The position numbers and the translations under genes are program-made. Below, piece after piece: positions 17,549 through 27,630 of a DNA stretch of 64,000 nt. The DNA is from Armatimonadetes bacterium DC. GTDB taxonomy: Bacteria > Armatimonadota > Fimbriimonadia > Fimbriimonadales > GBS-DC. The notes beneath the pieces are model-generated. The model was given only the letters and a program-made list of their open reading frames with translations. It made no database searches and was not told the DNA's origin. The stretch covers positions 13,063 to 77,062 of the forward strand of contig LDYB01000004.1 in assembly GCA_001442985.1 (NCBI GenBank). The letters run 5' to 3'. Numbering within the stretch: the stretch's first letter is position 1; each line of letters opens with the position of its first letter.

Positions 17549-18772
17549 GTGAGCAATTTTGTCATTCGCCTTGAGGAAGGCGTAGGCGATGTGGCGTATG
17601 GGCGCCTGACCAGCACCGCAGGCGATCTGCTGCCCGCCACCCTGACGCGCGGCGAGGGGGAAGCATGGGGCACTACCTCGCAAGCGCCCGATGGCGTCGC
17701 CGCCCCGTTTCGCCTGCCAGAGGTAGGGCGTCTCTATGTGTGGGTCAACAATCAGGGCAGGGGGTTCACGGCGAATCATTCACCTTTGACCCTCTCCAGC
17801 GCGTTTGTCAAGGAGCGAACGGCGCAGCTGACCCAGAGCATGAAGCAGTACGCTCGCAGGGGCGTGCCCGTCAGCGCGGCGCAACACCATCTGGAAGCGG
17901 CGCAATCGGCAACAGAACCCCTGATGCAGATGAGCCACCTGATACGCGCCAGTGAGGCGCTCGTGCGCGCGGTGGCTCTCACGCGCCTGCAGCGGCTCAA
18001 GGGGCGCCCCGTGTTTCTTTGGGGAGTGCAGGTATACTCCAGCCAGCCCGATGCCGAACATCTCGCTCCCTTCAATACCCTCGCGCTCCCGCTCGGCTGC
18101 AGAGCCGACTGGGTTCCGCTCATCCAGTACGCCCAGCAGGAGCGCAAGGTGCTGATCGGCACGGAGCTGGGCGCAGAAGCGCTTCAAACTCCTGAGAAAC
18201 ATCTGCAGTCCTGCCTGATGCGCTATCGCGGCTGGGTGCGCTACTGGCAGATTCTGGACGATGCCCCCACCCACCTCAAGTCGCTGGGAGCCGACCATGC
18301 CACCCAGCTCTACGCGCTGCGGCGGGTTCTGCAAACGGCACGCGAAATAGACCCCATGTCGGTGCGCCTGCTGGGTGTGGGACACAGTCTCTACCACCGC
18401 AAAAGCGGGCTGGCGTTCCTGCAGGCGTGCGTGGAGCTGGAACTGCCCTTTGAGGGCGTCCACCTGACGCTTTACTGGCATGACGGCGATTTGTTTTACT
18501 TTGACCATCTGCTGGAGCAGTACGGCGAGGTGGGCAAGCCGCTCTACCTGACGCTCAAGCTCCCTCCTGAAACCCCTCACGAGACTTTCTGGCGCGAGGA
18601 CGCCGCCCGCTGGATTGACTCCTTCTGCTGGCTGGCTATCAGCAAGCCGTTTGTCGTTGGGGTGCTGTTTGAGGAGCGCTCCGAAGACCCACTATATGGC
18701 GACAGTCATGGCGTCGTGCGCTCACTGATTCAGCGGGGGTATAATCCCCAACACTATGAATCACTGGAGTGA
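17549..18772 (+). CDS. Hypothetical protein (407 aa), fold not recognised
   Basis: GTG start. Long ORF with high third-position GC and natural-looking composition. I recognise no family motif. Overlaps the next gene by 17 nt. Confidence 0.65.
   Translation: MSNFVIRLEEGVGDVAYGRLTSTAGDLLPATLTRGEGEAWGTTSQAPDGVAAPFRLPEVGRLYVWVNNQGRGFTANHSPLTLSSAFVKERTAQLTQSMKQYARRGVPVSAAQHHLEAAQSATEPLMQMSHLIRASEALVRAVALTRLQRLKGRPVFLWGVQVYSSQPDAEHLAPFNTLALPLGCRADWVPLIQYAQQERKVLIGTELGAEALQTPEKHLQSCLMRYRGWVRYWQILDDAPTHLKSLGADHATQLYALRRVLQTAREIDPMSVRLLGVGHSLYHRKSGLAFLQACVELELPFEGVHLTLYWHDGDLFYFDHLLEQYGEVGKPLYLTLKLPPETPHETFWREDAARWIDSFCWLAISKPFVVGVLFEERSEDPLYGDSHGVVRSLIQRGYNPQHYESLE
18740..18745 (+). promoter_or_regulatory. 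Internal -10 box (GGGGTATAAT) for the translin-family gene
   Basis: Lies inside the 3' end of the upstream CDS. 10 nt to ATG 18756, no SD. Confidence 0.5.
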
Positions 18773-19391
18773 GATTGCCGAGCGACTGCGCCAGCAGATG
18801 GAGGAGAGCCATCAGGCACGGGAAGCGGGCTTACAATCTTGCAGGCGAGCAGTTCAACTGTGTGCGCGCGCGATTCGAAGTTTGCACCGGCGCGAATTCG
18901 AGGCGTGTCGTGATTTGTTGAGTCAGGCGCACGCCGAAATCCAGCAGGCGCGCGAGCGTTTGCGCCCCTACCCCGAAGTCTATTACGCAGGCTTTTTGCA
19001 CGACGCCGAAAAGGAGTATGTGGAAGGCGAGGTGCTTTACGCGATTGTGCTGGGCAATGCGCTCCCTGAACCCGAAGAGCTGGAGGTCGGTATCCCCGCC
19101 TACCTGAACGGGATGGCAGAGGCGGCTTCGGAGTGTCGGCGCTATGTGCTGGACCTGTTGCGGGCAGGCGAAATCACCCACGCTGAAACGCTTCTGCAGG
19201 TGATGGACGAGATTTACGACGAGCTCATCACCTTTGACTATCCCGACGCGCTGACGGGCGGCTTGCGTCGGACATGTGATGCCCTGCGCGCGGTGCTGGA
19301 ACGCACCCGCGCCGACCTGACTCTCACCGCCACACAAAAGCAGCTGGAAAACGCGCTCGCCAGCGTCTATCAGCTGGTCAGCGAGCGTTAG
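18756..19391 (+). CDS. Translin-family protein
   Basis: Helical protein of 211 aa. HRREFEACRDLL, PEVYYAGFLHDAEKEYVEGE, YLNGMAEAASECRRYVLDLLRAG, FDYPDAL..LRRTCD match the translin/TRAX pattern as I remember it. Confidence 0.7.
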   Translation: MNHWSEIAERLRQQMEESHQAREAGLQSCRRAVQLCARAIRSLHRREFEACRDLLSQAHAEIQQARERLRPYPEVYYAGFLHDAEKEYVEGEVLYAIVLGNALPEPEELEVGIPAYLNGMAEAASECRRYVLDLLRAGEITHAETLLQVMDEIYDELITFDYPDALTGGLRRTCDALRAVLERTRADLTLTATQKQLENALASVYQLVSER

Positions 19392-20236
19392 GGGACGCCT
19401 TTCGGCAACGGGGCGTAATAGGTTTCGTGGCAAAACTCGCGCTCGGTTTTGCCGCTCCACTGCTTGATTCGCCAGAGCCGTATGAGCATGCCGGGGCGTC
19501 CTGGTTGGGGTCGGAAGCCGCGCACCTCGAGCGGCGCTTGCACTGCAGACCGCTCACAGACCAGCTCACAACGCGGCACATGGCGGGCAATCTCGGCTTC
19601 GGTGACAAGCGCTTCCACCACGCACACAAGTCGGTTTCCCTCTGCTCGCGCTCGCAGGCGCACGGGGAAAGGGTAAGGGTTGCGCAGGCGCAAATCGGCG
19701 ATTCCCTGCGCCACGGCAGCGTCCAGACCGGGCGCGACATACTGGGGCGCGACGGCGTGGGGATGGCGCTCCACCACCTCCAGCCCTGCCAGCAGCGCCG
19801 CGTTATACACATTCGTTGAGGTCTGGCACACGCCGCCGCCCCACGCAGGCACTAAAATACCCCCATAGCTCACAGGGGCGCGCTGGAAACCCTCCGAGCG
19901 CACCCACTTGCCCACACACCCGTTGAATGACCAGGTGGCGTTTGGCGCGAGGGTCTGCCCGTCGATGCGTCGCGCCGCCAGCAGGGCGTTATGCCGCTGG
20001 GCGGGCGTGCGCCCCTCCAGCGAGGTGGTGAAGTTGGCAATCGGGCGCCACCGTTTTGAATCTTTGGAACCCGCACAGCCACTCAGGCACAGCGTAAGCC
20101 CTACCCCCACAAGAAGGGCAACGCTTCCCAATCCCGAGACGCCATGCCCGGAGCCGCCGGGTCGCCCTTGCACCGCTTTCACCGAAGTGTTCGACGATTC
20201 ACAGGGGGAATCGTTAGCAGGCGCTTTCAGGAACAC
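19388..20236 (-). CDS. VanW-family lipoprotein
   Basis: Lipobox LSGC. WSFNGCVG, GGGVCQTSTNVYNAALLAGL, RHPH. Start (GTG 20236) uncertain. Confidence 0.8.
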   Translation of the reverse strand: MFLKAPANDSPCESSNTSVKAVQGRPGGSGHGVSGLGSVALLVGVGLTLCLSGCAGSKDSKRWRPIANFTTSLEGRTPAQRHNALLAARRIDGQTLAPNATWSFNGCVGKWVRSEGFQRAPVSYGGILVPAWGGGVCQTSTNVYNAALLAGLEVVERHPHAVAPQYVAPGLDAAVAQGIADLRLRNPYPFPVRLRARAEGNRLVCVVEALVTEAEIARHVPRCELVCERSAVQAPLEVRGFRPQPGRPGMLIRLWRIKQWSGKTEREFCHETYYAPLPKGVP

Positions 20237-20259
20237 CGCGCGCCATCTCCCCCATCAGG

Positions 20260-20265
20260 TATAAT
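20260..20265 (+). promoter_or_regulatory. -10 box (AGGTATAAT) for the SOD-family gene, leaderless-type
   Basis: 9 nt to ATG 20275, no SD. Confidence 0.55.
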
Positions 20266-20274
20266 AGCCTCACT

Positions 20275-21027
20275 ATGGCAGCAAGACGCCTCTCGCGTCG
20301 GGAGTTCCTCAAGTCCGCTACTGCCGCTGCGGGGCTTGGGTTACTCGCTCCCCACGCGCTGACCGCAACACCACTGTACAGGAGGGATTTGCGTATGGCT
20401 GAGATTCAAGTTGTGGAGGTTGTGGCAAAGCCGTTGCCCGAAAAAGTGTTCCAGACCGAAAAGTTCGGCATTTCCCGAAAAACCCACGAGGAACACTACA
20501 AGCTCTATCAGGGCTATGTGAACAAGACCAACGAGATTCGTAAGGCGCTCAGTGCGCTCACTGCCGACGACTTCGCGAAAGGCAACCAGACCTACAGCCT
20601 GATTCGCTCGCTGAAGGTGGATTACACCTTCGCGCTGGGCGGAGTGAAGAACCACGAGCTCTACTTCGAGAACATCGGGGGCGGTGGTTCCGAGCCGAGC
20701 AGCGAACTGCGCAGTGCGCTGGCACGCTACTTCGGCTCGTATGAGCGCTGGCTGGACGACTTCAAAGCGACAGGGATGGCAGCGCGCGGCTGGGTCTGGC
20801 TCGCTTACGACCACGACGACGGCACCCTTTTCAACTATATCGGCGACGCCCAGAACACCTTCCCGGTATGGAACGCCACCCCCATCCTCGCGATGGATAC
20901 CTACGAGCATGCCTACTTCTACGACTTCCAGACGGCACGCGCTAAATACATCGAGGCGTTCGTTCAGGCGATTGACTGGGATGTGGTGAACGCACGCTAC
21001 GAGGCGATTCTGCGCTCAAAGCGCTAA
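20275..21027 (+). CDS. Fe/Mn superoxide dismutase-family protein with twin-arginine signal
   Basis: N-terminus SRREFLK...AAAGLGLLAP. SOD-like ligand contexts THEEHYKLYQGYV, VKNHELYF, DTYEHAYFYDF. Confidence 0.75.
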   Translation: MAARRLSRREFLKSATAAAGLGLLAPHALTATPLYRRDLRMAEIQVVEVVAKPLPEKVFQTEKFGISRKTHEEHYKLYQGYVNKTNEIRKALSALTADDFAKGNQTYSLIRSLKVDYTFALGGVKNHELYFENIGGGGSEPSSELRSALARYFGSYERWLDDFKATGMAARGWVWLAYDHDDGTLFNYIGDAQNTFPVWNATPILAMDTYEHAYFYDFQTARAKYIEAFVQAIDWDVVNARYEAILRSKR

Positions 21028-21036
21028 CCCATAAGT

Positions 21037-21067
21037 GGGGTTCCCTCTGTCTCTCAGGGGGAACCCC
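21037..21067 (+). terminator. Hairpin after the SOD-family gene (no U-tract)
   Basis: GGGGTTCCC...GGGAACCCC stem of 9-10 bp, beginning 10 nt after the stop. Confidence 0.4.
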
Positions 21068-21114
21068 TCACGGCGGAACCTCAGGGAGCGGGCACGAAAC
21101 AACGGAGGCTCGCT

Positions 21115-22593
21115 ATGGCATATCGCGATTTTCAGGACTTTCTGCTACGGCTGGAACAGGAAAACGAACTGCGTCGTGTCCGCTATCCGTTAGACCCCTA
21201 TCTGGAGATTACGGAAGTCGCCGACCGCGTGATGAAGTCAGGCGGTCCCGCCCTGCTGATTGAGCGCCCCAAAGGCTACGATATCGCGGTCGCCATCAAC
21301 ACGATGGGGTCGCGCAAGCGCATGAGCATGGCGCTTGGCGTGGACGACTTTGAAACCATTGCCCGCGAAGTGGAGGCGCTACTCAAACCCGAAGTGCCCC
21401 AGCTGGAGGGCGGTTTACTGGGCAAGTTGCGTGCCTTGCCCGAACTGATGCCCCAGCTCGGCAGGCTCCTGCAGGTGGCGCGCTCAGTACCCCCCACCCG
21501 CGTCAAAGAGGGCATCTCGCAAGAGGTGGTCAAAACAGGCGACCAGATAGACCTGTTTGAGTTCCCCATTCTGCACTGCTGGCCTCAGGATGGAGGGCGC
21601 TACATCACGCTGCCGCTGGTGTTCACGCACGACCCCAACACGGGCAAGCGCAATGTGGGCATGTATCGCATTCAGGTGCTGGACAAGCGCACCACCGCGA
21701 TGCACTGGCAGATTCACAAGGTAGGCGCGGAGCATTATCAGCACGCCGAGAAGCGCGGCGAGCCGATTCAGGTGGCGGTCGCGCTGGGCGATGACCCCGC
21801 GCTCACCTTCAGCGCGATTGCGCCCCTGCCGCCCGCGATTGACGAGCTGATGTTCGCAGGCTTCCTGCGCAAAAAGCCTGTGGAGCTGGTGCCCGCGAAA
21901 ACCGTGGATATTCTCGTGCCCGCAAACGCTGAGATTGTGATCGAGGGCTACATCAACCCCGGCGAGCGGTGTCTGGAAGGTCCCTTTGGCGACCACACGG
22001 GCTACTATAGCCTCGCCGATTACTACCCCGTGTTTCATGTAACGGCAATTACGCACCGCCAGAAACCTGTCTATCCCGCCACGATTGTGGGCGTACCCCC
22101 GATGGAAGACGGCTGGATGGGCAAAGCGGTGGAGCGCATTTTCCTGCCGCTGGTGCGGCTCACCCTGCCCGAAATCGTGGACATGAACCTGCCTGTGGAA
22201 GGCGTCTTCCATAACTTCTGCTTCGTGAGCATCCGCAAGCGCTATCCGGGGCACGCCTTCAAGGTGATGAACGCGCTCTGGGGGCTGGGGCAGCTGATGT
22301 TCAGCAAATTCATCGTGGTGTTCGATGAGGATGTGAATGTGCAGGACCTGGGCGAAGTGCTGTGGCGCTGGGGCGCCAATGTAGACCCCGAACGCGACAC
22401 CCTGATTGTGAAAGGACCCGTGGATGTGCTGGACCACGCCAGCCCCTATGTGGGATACGGCAGTAAAATCGGCTTTGACGCCACCACCAAGTGGAAAGAA
22501 GAAGGCTTCACCCGCGAGTGGCCCGATGTGATTCGCATGAGTCCCGAAGTCAAAGCCAGAATAGATGCCATCTGGGAACAGCTGGGATTGTAG
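21115..22593 (+). CDS. UbiD-family (prenylated-FMN dependent) decarboxylase
   Basis: 492 aa. MAYRDFQDFLLRLEQENELRRV, RYITLPLVFT, GMYRIQV, HWQIHK, FGDHTGYY are typical UbiD motifs. Confidence 0.9.
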   Translation: MAYRDFQDFLLRLEQENELRRVRYPLDPYLEITEVADRVMKSGGPALLIERPKGYDIAVAINTMGSRKRMSMALGVDDFETIAREVEALLKPEVPQLEGGLLGKLRALPELMPQLGRLLQVARSVPPTRVKEGISQEVVKTGDQIDLFEFPILHCWPQDGGRYITLPLVFTHDPNTGKRNVGMYRIQVLDKRTTAMHWQIHKVGAEHYQHAEKRGEPIQVAVALGDDPALTFSAIAPLPPAIDELMFAGFLRKKPVELVPAKTVDILVPANAEIVIEGYINPGERCLEGPFGDHTGYYSLADYYPVFHVTAITHRQKPVYPATIVGVPPMEDGWMGKAVERIFLPLVRLTLPEIVDMNLPVEGVFHNFCFVSIRKRYPGHAFKVMNALWGLGQLMFSKFIVVFDEDVNVQDLGEVLWRWGANVDPERDTLIVKGPVDVLDHASPYVGYGSKIGFDATTKWKEEGFTREWPDVIRMSPEVKARIDAIWEQLGL

Positions 22594-22607
22594 GGGAACC
22601 TTTTGGG

Positions 22608-22613
22608 TATGAT
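22608..22613 (+). promoter_or_regulatory. -10 box (GGGTATGAT) placing the TSS at the 5' edge of the TPP riboswitch
   Basis: The hexamer ends 4-8 nt before the P1 stem. Confidence 0.45.
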
Positions 22614-22616
22614 TAA

Positions 22617-24095
<1,479 letters not shown>

Positions 24096-24100
24096 GCCCA

Positions 24101-24135
24101 AAGGAGCAGGGCAGGGGCTTTTTGCCCTGCTCCTT
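24101..24135 (+). terminator. Hairpin after thiC (12-bp stem, U-run in the loop rather than the tail)
   Basis: AAGGAGCAGGGC ... GCCCTGCTCCTT. Confidence 0.45.
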
Positions 24136-24143
24136 CAAACGGG

Positions 24144-24149
24144 TACAAT
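24144..24149 (+). promoter_or_regulatory. -10 box (GGGTACAAT) for lepA, leaderless-type
   Basis: 8 nt to ATG 24158, no SD. Confidence 0.55.
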
Positions 24150-24157
24150 TTCCCCGT

Positions 24158-25954
24158 ATGCAATCGCATATCCGAAACTTCTGTATTATCGCGCATGTAG
24201 ACCACGGCAAATCCACGCTGGCAGACCGCCTGCTGGAGTTCACAGGCGCGATTGCCCGCGGCACCCCGGTAGAGCAGGTGCTGGACACGATGGACCTGGA
24301 GCGCGAGCGCGGAATCACGATTAAAATGACCGCCGTGCGCCTTTCCTACACTGCCCGCGACGGGAAAACCTATCAGCTCAACCTGATTGACACACCGGGG
24401 CATGTGGACTTCACCTACGAAGTCTCGCGCAGTCTGGCAGCGTGCGAGGGCGCCATTCTGGTGGTGGACGCCGTGCAGGGCGTGGAAGCGCAAACGATTG
24501 CCAACACGAACCTTGCCTACAATCAGGGGCTGACAATTGTGCCCGTGATTAACAAGATCGATTTGCCCTCTGCAGACCCCGAGCGGGTCAAAGAGGAGAT
24601 GGAACACGCCCTGTTGATAGACCCCAGCGAGGTCATCTTAGCCAGCGCGAAAGAGGGTATCGGGATTGAGGAGATTCTGGAGGCAATCGTGCAGCGCATC
24701 CCCCCGCCGAAAGGCGACCCCAACGCGCCGCTTCGGGCGCTGGTCTACGACTCCCACTACGACCCCTATGTGGGCGTGGTGGCGTATGTACGGGTGGTGG
24801 ATGGCAGGGTGCAACCGGGCGACCGCATCATGTTTATGTCCAACGGCAAGGTGTTCGAAGTGGCGCAGGTGGGCTACTTCACCCCCCAGCTGCGCCCTGC
24901 CGAGCGCCTGGACACGGGCGAGGTGGGCTATATTACTGCTTCCATCAAGTCGGTGAAAGACGCGCAGGTGGGCGACACGATTACTTCCGCAGACCGCCCC
25001 GCAAAAGAGCCACTGCCCGGTTTCCGTAAGGTCAAGCCGATGGTGTTCTGCGGCTTGTACCCGGTGGAAGGCGATAAATACCCCGACCTGCGCGACGCGC
25101 TGGAAAAGCTCAGCCTTAATGACGCCGCCATCACCTTCGAGCCAGAAAACAGTGCCGCGCTTGGCTTCGGGTTCCGATGCGGCTTTCTGGGGCTGTTGCA
25201 TATGGAAATTGTGCAGGAACGCCTGGAGCGCGAGTTCGGGCTGGAGCTGATTGCCACCGCCCCCAGCGTCGCCTATCGCGTGACGCTGGAGGACGGAACC
25301 CAGCTGGAAATAGACAACCCCACCCACTGGCCCAATCCGGGCACCATCGAGAAGGTGGAGGAACCCGTAGTCTTCGCCACGGTGATGGTTCCCAACGACT
25401 ATGTGGGCGCGGTGATGGAGCTCTGCATGGGGCGGCGCGGCGAGTTTGTGAAAATGGAGTACCCCACGCCCCAGCGCGTGATTCTGTATTATCGCCTGCC
25501 CCTCAGCGAGATTCTGCTGGACTTTTATGACCAGCTCAAGACCCGCACGCGCGGCTACGCCTCGTTTGACTATGAGCCGGCAGGCTATCGCGAAGTGGAC
25601 GCCGTGAAAATCGATGTGCTGATTAACGGCGACCCTGTGGACGCGCTGAGCTTTATCGCCCCGCGCGAGCGCGCCTACGCCCGCGCGAAGGTGCTGGTGG
25701 AACGCCTCAAAGAGGTCATCCCGCGCCAGCAGTTTGAGGTGCGCATTCAGGCGGCAATTGGCTCGCGCGTGATTGCCTCCGAGACCATCAAGCCGTTCCG
25801 CAAGAATGTGATTGCCAAGTGTTATGGGGGCGATATCACGCGCAAGCGCAAGCTGCTGGAGCGCCAGAAAGAGGGCAAGAAGCGCATGAAGCAGGTCGGC
25901 ACGGTGGAAGTGCCTCAAGAGGCGTTTCTGAGCGTGCTGAAGGTCAACGATTAA
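24158..25954 (+). CDS. lepA: Elongation factor 4
   Basis: ORF trimmed to [26 protein letters not shown]. Full-length LepA. Confidence 0.95.
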   Translation: MQSHIRNFCIIAHVDHGKSTLADRLLEFTGAIARGTPVEQVLDTMDLERERGITIKMTAVRLSYTARDGKTYQLNLIDTPGHVDFTYEVSRSLAACEGAILVVDAVQGVEAQTIANTNLAYNQGLTIVPVINKIDLPSADPERVKEEMEHALLIDPSEVILASAKEGIGIEEILEAIVQRIPPPKGDPNAPLRALVYDSHYDPYVGVVAYVRVVDGRVQPGDRIMFMSNGKVFEVAQVGYFTPQLRPAERLDTGEVGYITASIKSVKDAQVGDTITSADRPAKEPLPGFRKVKPMVFCGLYPVEGDKYPDLRDALEKLSLNDAAITFEPENSAALGFGFRCGFLGLLHMEIVQERLEREFGLELIATAPSVAYRVTLEDGTQLEIDNPTHWPNPGTIEKVEEPVVFATVMVPNDYVGAVMELCMGRRGEFVKMEYPTPQRVILYYRLPLSEILLDFYDQLKTRTRGYASFDYEPAGYREVDAVKIDVLINGDPVDALSFIAPRERAYARAKVLVERLKEVIPRQQFEVRIQAAIGSRVIASETIKPFRKNVIAKCYGGDITRKRKLLERQKEGKKRMKQVGTVEVPQEAFLSVLKVND

Positions 25955-27429
25955 GGAAGCCCCGAGGAGACCCGCGTCGCGCTTGCCTCCACCGCCTGCC
26001 GTGCAGGAGCCGTAAGCCACGAGGGCGCCAGCCCCAGCAGAATCAGCCCCAGCACGCACGCCAGCAGGCACGCCGCCATCGGCGCCGGCATGCGCCACCG
26101 CTCGACCGTCTCACGAGGCGGTGTATAGAGCGCGAACACCAGCCCCAGATAGTATGCCGCGCCCACCACGCTGGTCAGCGCCAGCAGAATCGCCAGCAGC
26201 ACCTGCCCCGCCTCCAGCGATGCCACAAACAGATACCACTTGCCCCAAAAGCCTGCGGTGGGCGGAATGCCCGCAAGAGAGACCAGAAGCACCGCCATCG
26301 CGTGCGCCGCGAACGGCTGACGGTAATATAAGCCCCGTAGCGCCTCGATGGTGGTGGCGTCGCCCGCACGCGCCATCACCGTTAGCACCGCGAACGCGCC
26401 CACGCTCATCAGGCTATAGGCAACCAGATAGTAAAGAATCCCGCTCAAACCCGTGGCGTTCAAACTCACCAGCCCCACCGCCATATAGCCCGCGTGCGCA
26501 ATACTGGAGTATGCCAGCATCCGCTTCGCGTCGCGTTGCACCAGCGCCAGCAGGTTGCCCACCACCATCGAGAGCGCCGCCAGCCACCACAGAATCGGCG
26601 CCCACAGCCCCGCCATGCCTGCCGCGCCCTCCACAAACCGTATCAGCACGCCAAACACCGCGACCTTCACCACCGCCGACATGTAAGCGGTCGCAATCGT
26701 GGGCGCGCCCTGATACACATCAGGCGTCCACATGTGGAACGGCACGAGCGACGCTTTAAACGCCAGCCCCACCAGCAGCAACGCCACACTGGCAATCAGC
26801 ATGGCGCTGGTCGCCGTGCCGGGCGCACTGTTGCCCCATCCCCGCGCAATTGCCATCAGGTCTACGCTCCCCGTCGCCCCGTAAAGCATCGCAATCCCAT
26901 ACAAAAAGAAGGCAGACGCAAACGCACCCAGCAGAAAATATTTCAGCGCGGACTCTTCGGAGCGCACCTCATAGCGCGCCAGCCCTGCCAGCACATAGAG
27001 CGCCAGCGACAGCACCTCCAGCCCCAGAAACACCACCATCAGGTTTGTGCTGGAGACCATAATCACCGCGCCCGCGCTGGCAAACAATAAGAGCGGATAA
27101 AACTCCCCATAGCGTAAATCCCGCTGTTGCAGATACTCTTCGGAAAACAGCAGGGTGAGCGCCGTCGCGCCCAGAATCGCCAGAGTGAGCAAGCTGCTAA
27201 TCGTGTCCACGCGCCAGAGATTCTCGAAAGTGGTCAGACTCGTTTGCCAGAGGGAGATTTGAAAATAGCCCGCAAGCGCCAGCCCAATCAGCCCAATCAC
27301 AATCAGAGGCGCGTGCCTGCCTCTGGGCAAAAACATCTCCACCAGCAGTACCAGCGTCGCCGTTGCAATCAGGCTCATCAACGGCAAAAGCGCATTCCAT
27401 TCAATCTCTGGACGAACCGTCGCTTCCAT
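25951..27429 (-). CDS. nuoN: NADH-quinone oxidoreductase subunit N (antiporter-like), not adjacent to other nuo genes
   Basis: ORF 25951..28062 trimmed to ATG 27429 ([17 protein letters not shown]...). 14-TM NuoN/ND2 pattern: [24 protein letters not shown]. Confidence 0.85.
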   Translation of the reverse strand: MEATVRPEIEWNALLPLMSLIATATLVLLVEMFLPRGRHAPLIVIGLIGLALAGYFQISLWQTSLTTFENLWRVDTISSLLTLAILGATALTLLFSEEYLQQRDLRYGEFYPLLLFASAGAVIMVSSTNLMVVFLGLEVLSLALYVLAGLARYEVRSEESALKYFLLGAFASAFFLYGIAMLYGATGSVDLMAIARGWGNSAPGTATSAMLIASVALLLVGLAFKASLVPFHMWTPDVYQGAPTIATAYMSAVVKVAVFGVLIRFVEGAAGMAGLWAPILWWLAALSMVVGNLLALVQRDAKRMLAYSSIAHAGYMAVGLVSLNATGLSGILYYLVAYSLMSVGAFAVLTVMARAGDATTIEALRGLYYRQPFAAHAMAVLLVSLAGIPPTAGFWGKWYLFVASLEAGQVLLAILLALTSVVGAAYYLGLVFALYTPPRETVERWRMPAPMAACLLACVLGLILLGLAPSWLTAPARQAVEASATRVSSGLP

Positions 27430-27438
27430 GCGCCCATG

Positions 27439-27444
27439 AGTATA
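27439..27444 (-). promoter_or_regulatory. -10 box (CGGTATACT) for nuoN, leaderless-type
   Basis: 9 nt to ATG 27429. Confidence 0.5.
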
Positions 27445-27474
27445 CCGAATCGCGGGCATTTGGGGCGATTCGGT
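27444..27474. repeat. Perfect 10-bp inverted repeat ACCGAATCGC-N11-GCGATTCGGT
   Basis: Read directly from the sequence. It abuts the nuoN -10 box and covers its -35 region. Confidence 0.8.
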
Positions 27475-27508
27475 CTTCAAGACGGCAGGAAATTTTAATG
27501 GGATGGGG

Positions 27509-27514
27509 TATAAT
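27509..27514 (+). promoter_or_regulatory. -10 box (GGGGTATAAT) upstream of propeller paralog B, about 110-nt leader
   Basis: Same box type as elsewhere in the window. The next start codon with an SD is ATG 27631. Confidence 0.45.
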
Positions 27515-27630
27515 CTCCTCAAACGAAACGCCCTGTTTGGCTTATCCTGCTTTGTCGCAAAGGATGGCTGAGACGCCTCTGAGTTTCCGACTTGAACCTT
27601 CCCTGGAGTGTGCGTTGGCAGAGGACGGCT

